Source: a virus. Taken from it: 64,000 nt of DNA. The position numbers and the translations under genes are program-made. The stretch lies in the IMG/VR virus record IMGVR_UViG_3300036766_000889. The stretch is one strand, 5' to 3'. Shown piece after piece: positions 35,429 through 45,410 of this stretch; position 1 is the first letter of the stretch; each line of letters begins with the position of its first letter. The notes below the pieces were generated by a model that saw only the letters and a program-made list of their open reading frames with translations, did not search any database and had not been told where the DNA came from.

Positions 35429-36079
35429 TCATCCGGCTAGCAACAAATAATCGGAAAGATGCCACGGAACCATGGACAGGTTTGTAAATCTAAGCCGAAC
35501 ACTGAGTGGTGTTGGATTGGCGTATAGATATTCCAAACCTGACTGCATGCTAGGAACAAGAACCGCTGCTCCAGCTGAATCCATAATGTCAACTTGGAAA
35601 ATCCCAGAACCAAAATCAACAAATGACGAACTACCAGGATCCCATCCATATAAAAGAGACGCAGGGTCTGGCTGCTCAAGAGTTTGTTCCACGTTTCTAT
35701 TTAGAAGGAAACCATCATACGTGACAGACACTCGAGTTAAAATCGGGATGGTCAATAACATGGTGTCGGTCATAAGTACCCCGCCAGGCATGACAAAAGT
35801 ACCTTTATTTGGGGCAACAACAATCCCAAGCGATAGCGTTTGATAAACTAACGAGATATCTAAAAATTCATCACTAAATGACTGAGGAAGAGTCGGATGG
35901 AGTGCCATCAAAGCACTCTTCTTGGCAGCAATCAGCAATAATGGATCGTTGCTATCCATCGGTACCGAACCGGCCCCGGTTGGTACGTTAACGATATACT
36001 TCCCACTAACTGAGAAATTCAGTGGGCTATTGTAAACTCCTTGAATTTCTCCACTTTGTGAGTCAACAAGTACCTTCAT
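35429..36079 (-). CDS. Putative structural protein
   Basis: 216-aa ORF in cluster. Confidence 0.7.
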   Translation of the reverse strand: MKVLVDSQSGEIQGVYNSPLNFSVSGKYIVNVPTGAGSVPMDSNDPLLLIAAKKSALMALHPTLPQSFSDEFLDISLVYQTLSLGIVVAPNKGTFVMPGGVLMTDTMLLTIPILTRVSVTYDGFLLNRNVEQTLEQPDPASLLYGWDPGSSSFVDFGSGIFQVDIMDSAGAAVLVPSMQSGLEYLYANPTPLSVRLRFTNLSMVPWHLSDYLLLAG

Positions 36080-36121
36080 ATTTACTTTCCATGTAGATCA
36101 AGAGATATCACTGTTAACGAT

Positions 36122-39058
36122 CTAAAAGAGTTTGTTGTTATCAACAATGTTGCCCGCGCCAGCATTATTGATTTCACCCACGCCTCCCGCACCATCGTTC
36201 ACTACCATGTTACCTGTGATGATGTTGTTATCGGAGGTCGCCAATATATCGATTTCAGCGGTGTTCACTCCTAACGGGGTAATACACTTAATCGTGTTGG
36301 TGTCCACGATATTTTGATGCGCACCACTAGTCAGCTGTATACGGCATGCATTACCAGCATTTGATGCAGCCTGATTATCACCAATATTGCCACTGACTGT
36401 GTTGCGAACCGCGCCAGACGTAAACCAAACCAAATTGTATATGCCAGTTACAGTCCACGTTGCAATGTTGCCTTTGACTACGTTATATTCACATTTGTTC
36501 GGGGACGCTATGAATCCATCAAGACGAATCGCGGTGTCAAATTGCCCGTTAATCGTGTTGTCAGTGATTTGACAGTGCCTGGCGTTGACACAATGAATAG
36601 AATACTGCGTACCTATCCCTGTAAACCTGTTACGATTCACTCTGCTTCGAATGCCTTCTAATCGTAGGTATGGTAGGGCGTAAGCAACATCTGAGTCTAT
36701 CAAACAGTTATCAAGCAATGCGGCTCCAGCAGAGCTACCTATTTCGACTAAAGCCGTGGTCGGGGTACCACCGTCATGTTCAATTGATAGATTTGAAACT
36801 ATTGGTTGGCTACTAAATAACTGTACATAATAGCTGAACGATGAAGTAGCTTCGACATTTCGAACAGAACCACCTGTTACGCTGCCGCCGGAGACTCGTA
36901 GGTAACTACCGCCACTACGACGAATTGACCAGTAGCGGCATATCATGAGATTGTAGACGTTCGAATTGTTCAGCTCTACTAATGAAAATGCACTAAATGC
37001 ACCCGTACCATGAACTCCTGATGAAGGACCATCAACCATCAGCCCGTATACATCAATATATTGGAGACTGACAGCAAAACGACTGTCGTTTCCAAAATCA
37101 CCCTCTACCATGTTGATAAGACGAACATCGGTCATCACAGAAGCTTGCAATGGAGCCGTACCTGCTAATTCAAAAGCTACATTGTTCGAAAATACTTGTA
37201 GAACTGCTGCAGAACCTGCACCAGAAATGAAAGCACGACCACCGCCAGTCATCGCCCATTTTTTCTCACGTAAGTCAATATAAATACGATCATATGTCGA
37301 CGAAAAATATGAATACCCGTTTTGCTCGTTCAGCACCAAGATGGAATCTCGATGCTGACCAGACGCACCGACACTTGCACCAGGGTTGATTGTTAATCCA
37401 TCAATTACGAAATGGCCATGATTGAGCACGGACACGTTATCTCGGCCACCAAACAAGATGACTGGTGTTCCTGGAGCAGGAACCACTGAAGTTGGATCAC
37501 AGTTCGATGAGCCGTACTCCATGTGGACGTCGCGCATAACTAACGGCATACCACTGCTTGCGTTGCCATAGCCATAAAACAACTGACGACCTGCTCCCGC
37601 ATCATCACTACCACCAAAGAGCTTGAGAGATTCAAACACGACACCAGAGTTTGGTGCTGCAAGTGCTCTGCCACGTGTTGCTGTGGCTGTGACATTCTTG
37701 AACGTCATATTGTAGACGTCAGAGATAAACATAGTGGCGCTAAGTGTGCTGAGTCCATCACCACGAGCCGAGAAGACGCAATCTTCGAACGAAACAAGAC
37801 CACCAAGGGTGCTAGTAATATGGAGTGCGCTATCTGAGCTTGGCGTGGCCGGGTCGAGAACGCCATAGACATTAGAGATAGACAGTGGTTCAATACCAGC
37901 TTCCATCTCAATAACATGACCACATATAACACCGCCCGCACGGAGATTTGTCGCAGTACCACTACTAGTCGAGGCGAACTTGATCAAGGATAAGTCGCCA
38001 ACATTAATGTTGGTGAATGCTATATCCCGCACAGACATGTCCTGGTCACCAAGAACCACAACAGGATCTGTTGCTCCTGTGTTGCCGTACATACCGGAGA
38101 TTACTACTCCGTGCAGCGTGCAGTGGAAACCTTGCATGTCAATGCACTGATATCCAGCAGCGAGCGAGCCACCATGTCCAAGCGAGATATTCGTTATACT
38201 GTTTCGGATGCCGTACAGTTCAACAGCCCTCGTAGTCATACCATCCATGTTGTTGATCACAACATTCGAGATGCTACAATGTGATGACGATCCAGACAGT
38301 TGGATTAGAGGAACGCCCAGATACTTGGCGTTGTTGATGATTACTTGATCTATTATAGTTCGATACGCATTAGTTTGTATGCTAAACTGGCAGTCACGTA
38401 CCCAAGAGAGCCGATTACCCTCTCCAGTAATAGTCATCGAAGTGGATTGAGGGGTTGCGTAAATAAATTCAAATGTGTTTTCGGAGCAGTTTACGTTGAT
38501 ATCGCCTAAAATGTCGAGGATAAGGCGATCAAATTTATTAAGCCCAAAGCCGAAAAACCCTGCGATGTTGACGTTACCAGGTGTCTTCAACGATACGTTT
38601 GAGAAAAGATTGATTGCAAGGATAACGAAGTTACCTGCTGCTTGCAACGTTATATTTTCAATCTGGCATGCAAAGCCCACATTAAAGGATCCAGGCGAGA
38701 CAATTGTGACTCCTGTAAAGTCGTTGTATCCCTTGATGGATATGTTGTTGAGTTGAGTTGCTGCGTTCCAGTTATACATACCAGAACGTAAATACAGCAT
38801 AGGCTTACTAATGCTAGCTGTGTAAGCAGCATAAGCGTCAATCAAAGCGTTCGGACCAACGAAGTCTGCTAATCCAGCTGCAACTGGATTAGCATCAAGA
38901 ATCCAAATTGCTTTTACACTAGTGGCAACAGTGGGAGCCGGATATGTACCGATAAGATCGCCTGAAGCTGCCGAACCGATTAAGATCGCATCGATTACAG
39001 ATTGAGGCAGAGGCTCTTTACTCGGATGAACCTGTAGTGGGTTGTACGGCTTCGGCAT
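36122..39058 (-). CDS. Right-handed beta-helix tailspike/depolymerase-like protein
   Basis: Many I/V-x-G/N-N turns (NTVSGN, NIITGN); GDLIGTYPAPTV fibre motif. Confidence 0.75.
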   Translation of the reverse strand: MPKPYNPLQVHPSKEPLPQSVIDAILIGSAASGDLIGTYPAPTVATSVKAIWILDANPVAAGLADFVGPNALIDAYAAYTASISKPMLYLRSGMYNWNAATQLNNISIKGYNDFTGVTIVSPGSFNVGFACQIENITLQAAGNFVILAINLFSNVSLKTPGNVNIAGFFGFGLNKFDRLILDILGDINVNCSENTFEFIYATPQSTSMTITGEGNRLSWVRDCQFSIQTNAYRTIIDQVIINNAKYLGVPLIQLSGSSSHCSISNVVINNMDGMTTRAVELYGIRNSITNISLGHGGSLAAGYQCIDMQGFHCTLHGVVISGMYGNTGATDPVVVLGDQDMSVRDIAFTNINVGDLSLIKFASTSSGTATNLRAGGVICGHVIEMEAGIEPLSISNVYGVLDPATPSSDSALHITSTLGGLVSFEDCVFSARGDGLSTLSATMFISDVYNMTFKNVTATATRGRALAAPNSGVVFESLKLFGGSDDAGAGRQLFYGYGNASSGMPLVMRDVHMEYGSSNCDPTSVVPAPGTPVILFGGRDNVSVLNHGHFVIDGLTINPGASVGASGQHRDSILVLNEQNGYSYFSSTYDRIYIDLREKKWAMTGGGRAFISGAGSAAVLQVFSNNVAFELAGTAPLQASVMTDVRLINMVEGDFGNDSRFAVSLQYIDVYGLMVDGPSSGVHGTGAFSAFSLVELNNSNVYNLMICRYWSIRRSGGSYLRVSGGSVTGGSVRNVEATSSFSYYVQLFSSQPIVSNLSIEHDGGTPTTALVEIGSSAGAALLDNCLIDSDVAYALPYLRLEGIRSRVNRNRFTGIGTQYSIHCVNARHCQITDNTINGQFDTAIRLDGFIASPNKCEYNVVKGNIATWTVTGIYNLVWFTSGAVRNTVSGNIGDNQAASNAGNACRIQLTSGAHQNIVDTNTIKCITPLGVNTAEIDILATSDNNIITGNMVVNDGAGGVGEINNAGAGNIVDNNKLF

Positions 39059-42000
39059 TAAACTGTCCGCCTATGATTCATGAGATTTCCACGTACCCGA
39101 TAAACAGCAGCACAAGACGATGATAGGTCAGAACTAAGGTCGATGGTATTTTCATTACCAAAATCGACCCAATTCGTGAAAACAACCAAAACCAACGTCC
39201 CTTTACGGAATTGAAATGCCAAACCACTTGGCAGATCTTGTTTAACTTCCATCAAAACCGGTAGAGCAACCTTATGTCGAATTTTCGACGAAAGTAACGG
39301 TCCAATGGAAGTCGGACCATAAATAGAGCCTAGTAATGATGATTGAGGCCAGAAATTTCTACCTTCAGAATCGGTGGTAGTTATAACATTTGAAAACAAA
39401 GTCGTTTTTGAGGCATCAGGAGTATACGGAATGACGACAGGGACAGTGACGTAGCCAGTATTAACATTCATCCCTAACACTGAAACTGAAGATGGTGAAT
39501 TCAAAGCGGATTCTGATGCAGGTCCTGGAACAAGACCAACCGGAATTTGTTCAGACGGCGAAACAAACGGAAAGCCTGAATCTGGACTTCCGGATCCGGT
39601 TAGAATAGAATGTAGCGATTTCCCTATAGCTCGAGGAACAAGATGGAGAGTAGAAATTCCTGCAGGAACAACATTTGACTGAATTGATCTAGACTGGTAA
39701 AAGAACTGATATGAGTCTCCAGGTATAGCTTGAAGTGGTGGAAGGGGACGTCGAGCCTGGTACGTAACAATGATTTGAGTTCCTAACGCAGGAACTGATG
39801 ATAATGTAATGGAAGTGAACGTAGTCCACAAAGTGGAACCTGATATGGCATAACCACCTAAGACATATTGAACAACCCCACCAGCAAGGTAAGCATTCAC
39901 AAACACTGATCCAGTCAACGTGAACGTATTTGCACCAGTGACGAGAATAAACCATGCGCCATTCGCTTCAGTCGTTCCTGTTACACCAGATATGATGATC
40001 GAATTTCCGTTCGACAAACCATGAGGCGAGGACGTCGTGATCTCGATAAGACCGAATCCATCATCCGTAGCACCCGTAATATTCATCGAAAGGGTAGGTG
40101 TTACGTTCGGATCTAAAACATCCGGAACCCACATGACATCAGATATGCCATCAGCAATAGCCGTCCAGTTTTGAACAGTCGTGCGAAGTCTTGCTGTTAT
40201 CTCTCTATGCGTTGGGTCGCACTTCCATAATGGTCCTGGATATGCCGTGTCCCCATATAGAGCATTTCTGTTCAAATCACTAGTTGTTTGGAAAGTAGAC
40301 ACTGACGGATCAACCCATGCAGCAATATTGGCTGCTGGTGGAGTCCACAAAGCATGCGGGCTCACGATATTACGAGAAGCACCACTATTACTAGGATAGT
40401 CAATGAGAACTTCTACGAAAAGAGTAAGACCGGCTGCCACCGGGGCATCAAAAGTTATAATGGCTGTATCTACATAGATGCCAGAAATCGTTAGAGCCAC
40501 CGATAAAACGGCTGGAGAACCACCTAGAAGAGCATCATAATCAGTTCCAACACCATCCCAAACCCTAACCTTCGTAACCGATGATAGCGTGACACCGGTC
40601 GGAGAGGTCAGAGTAAGATCGACTGGAGAACCAGCCCATGGAACTGTGAAAGCTGACAAATTAACAACAACAATTGCTGATGGGGCTACAATAGGAACCA
40701 TCGCAACTGCAGATTCAGTTATCCGTCTGTCGGAGAACGAGGTTCGAACTCCATCCGGTTGACCCATCTTGGAACCGAAGGCTAACTCATCTTTCACGAA
40801 GATTGAGGTGCCAACACATGGTCCGGATACGTCCATTCTTGTTGTGAGGGTGTTATCTAAAACTTCTTGAAATGTCTTATCCAGGACTTCGTTGAAGTCC
40901 CAGGCAACACCACGTCGAAGATCCAACAAGTCTCCAACAACAATCTGATCCGCGTACAAGCCATCTGGCCTGTCTGAGGTGAGACTCGTCATCAAAACGC
41001 CGCCATTGACGTTGGTTACCCTATCAAATCCTCCGGAGTTTCTACGGGCGATAGCGCAAACAGGAACGGCATACATTAATCCATCAACTGTTCCGAGAGC
41101 TAATGCGCCGACTGAATTGTTTTCGCCAGTTATCCATAACCCATTATCGAACGAGTCACGAACATAGGGGTATGTAATTAACTCAGCACCGTCAACATCT
41201 GACGCAGTGAGATAAGGGACTGTATGAGCAAGAACGTTCGGATCTTCTAAGCCATCCGGATAAGTTTCAATATCAATCCCAGGTATGACCCTATATCTAT
41301 ATTGAATCTGAACACGTTTGGCTGTTTCACTAAGAAACGTCGGGTCAAGTAAATCGTCAGAAAGGTTTTCATTTCTAAATGGAGGTCCGTCTGAAGCTTT
41401 TGCGTTTCCATACCGAAGAATCTGTCCAGACGGACTTTTGTTTGATATATCGGGGAGCGGAGACACGAGGGCTCGCCACACTTCAAGAATCACAAGATCG
41501 GTTCGAACACCGGTTAGTGGTGGGACCGGAAGAGTTATTCGGTTGACACCGGGGGTAGCTAATTCTGTCAGGTCAAATCTGACTTGCCACCCATTTACGA
41601 GAACTTCGGAAGCCCTGAGACGTAGTTTGTTTGCTATTGAAACCAGAGCAATCCCGCCAGCAAGGTAAACATTCACAAATACTGATCCAGTCAACGTGAA
41701 CGTATTTGCACCAGTGGAGAGAATAAACCACAAGCCGTTCGCTTCAATCGTTCCTGTTACACCAGATATAATAATCGAATTTCCTCCATTTGACAAACCA
41801 TGGGGCAAGAGCGTTGTGATTTCAATAAGACCAAATCCATCGTCCGCAGCACCAGTAATAGTAATCGGTCCCGGTGTGTAGAAAATGTAATCACCAAGAA
41901 CGTTCGATTCGTCAACGAACGTATTTGTCATGAAGCATGACGGAAGAAGCTTTGATGCTAGACCTGTAACTCCTCCACGCCCCAAAACTTCCTGAAGAAG

Positions 42001-42144
42001 ATTCATCTCCCAATCAGTTGCCGGTTTATCCTGTTGAAGGACGAGAGACTCCCAAGAATGGTCCTCAGCAGTATACGGGCCTCCACCTGGCAATACTGCC
42101 TGTGGCGATTGGCTGACAAAAGGACCTAAATCTTTATAAGTCAT
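39058..42144 (-). CDS. Virion structural protein with two inserted ~68-aa repeat modules
   Basis: VILEVW...RVQIQYR...GTVDG...RRN...RPDGLY core plus two ITGA.DDGFGLIEITT..PHGL modules. Confidence 0.75.
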   Translation of the reverse strand: MTYKDLGPFVSQSPQAVLPGGGPYTAEDHSWESLVLQQDKPATDWEMNLLQEVLGRGGVTGLASKLLPSCFMTNTFVDESNVLGDYIFYTPGPITITGAADDGFGLIEITTLLPHGLSNGGNSIIISGVTGTIEANGLWFILSTGANTFTLTGSVFVNVYLAGGIALVSIANKLRLRASEVLVNGWQVRFDLTELATPGVNRITLPVPPLTGVRTDLVILEVWRALVSPLPDISNKSPSGQILRYGNAKASDGPPFRNENLSDDLLDPTFLSETAKRVQIQYRYRVIPGIDIETYPDGLEDPNVLAHTVPYLTASDVDGAELITYPYVRDSFDNGLWITGENNSVGALALGTVDGLMYAVPVCAIARRNSGGFDRVTNVNGGVLMTSLTSDRPDGLYADQIVVGDLLDLRRGVAWDFNEVLDKTFQEVLDNTLTTRMDVSGPCVGTSIFVKDELAFGSKMGQPDGVRTSFSDRRITESAVAMVPIVAPSAIVVVNLSAFTVPWAGSPVDLTLTSPTGVTLSSVTKVRVWDGVGTDYDALLGGSPAVLSVALTISGIYVDTAIITFDAPVAAGLTLFVEVLIDYPSNSGASRNIVSPHALWTPPAANIAAWVDPSVSTFQTTSDLNRNALYGDTAYPGPLWKCDPTHREITARLRTTVQNWTAIADGISDVMWVPDVLDPNVTPTLSMNITGATDDGFGLIEITTSSPHGLSNGNSIIISGVTGTTEANGAWFILVTGANTFTLTGSVFVNAYLAGGVVQYVLGGYAISGSTLWTTFTSITLSSVPALGTQIIVTYQARRPLPPLQAIPGDSYQFFYQSRSIQSNVVPAGISTLHLVPRAIGKSLHSILTGSGSPDSGFPFVSPSEQIPVGLVPGPASESALNSPSSVSVLGMNVNTGYVTVPVVIPYTPDASKTTLFSNVITTTDSEGRNFWPQSSLLGSIYGPTSIGPLLSSKIRHKVALPVLMEVKQDLPSGLAFQFRKGTLVLVVFTNWVDFGNENTIDLSSDLSSSCAAVYRVRGNLMNHRRTV

Positions 42145-42250
42145 TACTTACCATTGCCATCCAATAATAGGTCGCTTTACCATACGAGCAAAAACGCTAT
42201 GGAAAGTTGACTTATACTCGGACCTTCCAACACGGCTGATGAAAAAACGC

Positions 42251-43219
42251 TCAAATAATGCTGGAAAGATTGGAGTTATTTTTTCGACGTTTTTGGCGAC
42301 GAGCAGCATCATATACCCTTGCTCGTTCAAGTTTGCACTTATAACATCCACGTTCGCTAAATGTTCCGGGTTTATCACTCAGTTGATGCCCACGTTTACA
42401 GTGGGTAGGAAGACATTTTAAACATATACGGCTACGTCCATTTTTAGAAAACTTAATATTCCCTCCAGAAAATTCATGACCATTCACACAGTAAGTTCTA
42501 GAATTATATTCTTTCTTAGAAACCCTATCACTCCGGCACTGTCTACAGTACCTCCACCCATTATCATCTATTTGAGTATTTTTAGGAGTAAACTCATGAC
42601 CGTTTACACAGTGAGTTTTAGACGCACGTTTTTGATTTGCAGTCTTGAAACCCTTCATGAATTTTGAAGATATGCCCGGGTCTTGATGAAGAGCGCGAAT
42701 AATCCCAGACATATGGATACGAGATTCTACGCTAGAAAACTGAGATGATGTTGCAGCGGATAATTTCGCACGAACTTCCGGACGAGAAAGAACCTCTCGA
42801 GAAGCTGCAGATTTGGCCGCTTGGTTAACCGGGTTTTCATACCATGTTTTCATGGAAGCTGAGACCTTCTCACGAAATCCAGGACGATCCCAAGGGTTAC
42901 TCTTAGGGTGTGGAATATGCTGTCCACCCCTCATTAAGTTAAACCCAAACTTTGGGTCTCGCGTACCCTCTTGTTCTATTATTTGTTCTTCGGTTGCATT
43001 TGCACCTTCAAGATCCCAGCTCATTGCCAGAACTTCATGCGAAAATGCATCTTTCCCGTACTTGCGGATCGCGTTTGCAAAATGCCAACGTCCGTCCTTC
43101 GAGTGATTTGATTTAGCTACATGTTCAGACCAACGCTTCTCCATCGTTTGGCTTGTAAGCCCAATGTAGCGCCGTCCAGTTTCAACATGCGTATGACAAT
43201 AGATGGTGTAATACTTCAC
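42251..43219 (-). CDS. GIY-YIG homing endonuclease with C-terminal HCxNGH repeats
   Basis: TIYCHTHVETGRRYIGLT; GTG at 43219 aligns with paralog starts. Confidence 0.9.
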   Translation of the reverse strand: MKYYTIYCHTHVETGRRYIGLTSQTMEKRWSEHVAKSNHSKDGRWHFANAIRKYGKDAFSHEVLAMSWDLEGANATEEQIIEQEGTRDPKFGFNLMRGGQHIPHPKSNPWDRPGFREKVSASMKTWYENPVNQAAKSAASREVLSRPEVRAKLSAATSSQFSSVESRIHMSGIIRALHQDPGISSKFMKGFKTANQKRASKTHCVNGHEFTPKNTQIDDNGWRYCRQCRSDRVSKKEYNSRTYCVNGHEFSGGNIKFSKNGRSRICLKCLPTHCKRGHQLSDKPGTFSERGCYKCKLERARVYDAARRQKRRKNNSNLSSII

Positions 43220-43892
43220 CACCATTAAGAGTCATAAAAAAGCTAAATGACAAACGCCAGACCCAAGACAAGGTACTCGTCGGTGGCTTGTTGATCACGG
43301 GAAAGGTTAGGTAGTTTATTAACGTATCTAACCCGACTAAATTTACTGTGGGGTCATATGCGCCATTCGAGGGAAGGACGGGGCTGCTAACATTCATATT
43401 TGTTGATATGTCACCCCCGATGAGACCCATCTCTGTTATAGGCCCAACGGCTTCTGATTCGGAGAAGACAGTTGTGATATCAATAACGGCTGTCGGAATC
43501 CCGGACACGGCCCCGTTACTGTCGATAAATGAAGAGGAAGCGACGGCTTTCCGTCCTATCTCGCTATATAACGAACGTTGAGTGGTAGTAGCCGGTGGCG
43601 GATTCTGGAGATTCCATCCGACATCGCCTGAACCTACTGCCAAAGCATAAACCCCAAAGTTAGGTTCTGAGACGTGCGGAGAAGCAGAGTTACGCATGAG
43701 ACGAGCAATGAGAATACTCGCGTCCATGGTTACCACATTCTTGAGGTGACCGTTCGTCTCCTCACCCGTTCGAACATCTCTAAGAGTCCAAAAGACTTCG
43801 CCGCGAAATCCACGGTATGAATCCGTGGCTTTCCCTTCAGCCGAAAGGCGTGGTGATTTATCCACTGTTTTTTGAAATTTATCGATTGGCAT
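43182..43892 (-). CDS. Tail/baseplate structural protein
   Basis: NVV...AVGSG...EAVGPITEMGL...FPVINK pattern typical of tail-fibre/baseplate N-domains. Confidence 0.7.
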   Translation of the reverse strand: MPIDKFQKTVDKSPRLSAEGKATDSYRGFRGEVFWTLRDVRTGEETNGHLKNVVTMDASILIARLMRNSASPHVSEPNFGVYALAVGSGDVGWNLQNPPPATTTQRSLYSEIGRKAVASSSFIDSNGAVSGIPTAVIDITTVFSESEAVGPITEMGLIGGDISTNMNVSSPVLPSNGAYDPTVNLVGLDTLINYLTFPVINKPPTSTLSWVWRLSFSFFMTLNGGEVLHHLLSYAC

Positions 43893-43916
43893 TTAATACT
43901 CTCCTGATGACTATAC

Positions 43917-44540
43917 TCAGTAAATAATCACGACACTCACGGGAGGACCTGTGGTGTCAGTCATGACCCCGATTGCGGACCTCTGGGTCGTTTTTAGGAA
44001 ACAAAACCCGGCATTAAGCACAGGTTCGTAACCAACGCTATATGCTGGAGGAAAAGGAGGTGGATCCAGAACAGTTCCGCCAGAAATGTACGCGTTTACA
44101 AAAGCCGAACCGCTGAGAGTGAACGTATTCGCACCAGTTGACAAGATTATCCATCCACCGTTTGCTTCAGTGGTTCCGATAATACCATCAATAAAAACCA
44201 AACTTCCACTCGACAAACCATGCGGTGCAGTGGTTGTTATTTCCACAAGACCGAAACCATCGTTCGCAGCACCAGAAACCGAAATTGTTACAATTCGAGG
44301 GGGTCCCCATAGCCATGGACGACGATTTGACCCAGGCGGTGGAGAGTATTTATCAGATGGGGTTGCTGTGACTGAGAATGACTTGATATCTATCTTATTA
44401 AGGCCAGGCTGCTGATTGAGCGATGGAGAAACAAACCCAATACCAGCGGCACTAGATAAGACTGAAGGTCCTCCCTCGCTAGTGAGAGATTTGATCGGAA
44501 CGAAACCAAGGGGTTGTCCAAGAGGGACTGGGTCTGCCAT
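43917..44540 (-). CDS. Structural protein with third copy of the repeat module
   Basis: VSGAANDGFGLVEITTTAPHGL...YISGG. Confidence 0.7.
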   Translation of the reverse strand: MADPVPLGQPLGFVPIKSLTSEGGPSVLSSAAGIGFVSPSLNQQPGLNKIDIKSFSVTATPSDKYSPPPGSNRRPWLWGPPRIVTISVSGAANDGFGLVEITTTAPHGLSSGSLVFIDGIIGTTEANGGWIILSTGANTFTLSGSAFVNAYISGGTVLDPPPFPPAYSVGYEPVLNAGFCFLKTTQRSAIGVMTDTTGPPVSVVIIY

Positions 44541-44547
44541 ATATATT

Positions 44548-45387
44548 TCACCTGATTAGGCTCTTACCATTAGCGCAAATACTAACGGGATGATGCATCA
44601 TTTGTTTTTTGGCAGTTTTCGAAATTTTTTGCTTTAAAAAGAGATATCTTGTTTGAGCTTTTGAAAGCTTTGCACGATACTCAGGACTGTACTCACGTAG
44701 TTTATTAGACTCAGTAACAAGAGCCATTTTTGCTATGACTTCCGGTCTAGAATGAACTTCTTTAGATATTATTGATTTCTTAGCTCTAAATTCTGGCGTA
44801 TTATACACAGTTTTCTGAGACGCAATGCACTTTGCTCTAAATACTGGGTCAAGCCATAATTTTTTTGATCGTAAAGATGCTTTTTCTTTAACCTCATGTC
44901 GTGACTGAACTTCTTTTGAAGAGACTGATCTTTTTAACTTAGATTCCGGTGTATTGAGTCCTGCCTTCGCAGCAGCTACATTTTTAGCTCGAATAACCGG
45001 GTCTTGCCAGCGCGTTTTTGACGCCAGCGCCGCCTTGGCACGATACTCAGGGTTATTCCAAGGGTTTTTTATTGGATGCGGAACGTGCTTTCCACCAGGT
45101 GCTAAATTAAAACCGTATTTCGGATCACGAGTCTTCCATCGCTTGATCAGGCATTTTTCTGCTAAATTCGCATCATCGAGTGATTCAAAGACTCGAATCA
45201 CTCGATGTTCAAAAGCTTCAGGACTATATAGACGGATTGCATTCGGGAAATGCCATCGTCCGCCCTTGGAATTCTTGGCATGAGAGACATGTGTCTTCCA
45301 TCGGGCAAGCATTGTTTGACTAGTCAACCCAATATAACGACGTCCAGATTCAGCATGAGTGTGACAGTAAACGGTCCAACGTTTCAT
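44548..45387 (-). CDS. GIY-YIG homing endonuclease
   Basis: TVYCHTHAESGRRYIGLT...GFNLAPGG; basic helical repeats. Confidence 0.9.
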   Translation of the reverse strand: MKRWTVYCHTHAESGRRYIGLTSQTMLARWKTHVSHAKNSKGGRWHFPNAIRLYSPEAFEHRVIRVFESLDDANLAEKCLIKRWKTRDPKYGFNLAPGGKHVPHPIKNPWNNPEYRAKAALASKTRWQDPVIRAKNVAAAKAGLNTPESKLKRSVSSKEVQSRHEVKEKASLRSKKLWLDPVFRAKCIASQKTVYNTPEFRAKKSIISKEVHSRPEVIAKMALVTESNKLREYSPEYRAKLSKAQTRYLFLKQKISKTAKKQMMHHPVSICANGKSLIR

Positions 45388-45410
45388 ACCAAAATGGTGT
45401 CATAAAAAGA

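Noticed and set aside
43182-43250. C-terminal extension of ORF 43182..43892 over the GIY-YIG start
   Set aside because: TCA TTT AGC is one T short of TTT TAG; probably a trivial indel or error rather than a functional overlap
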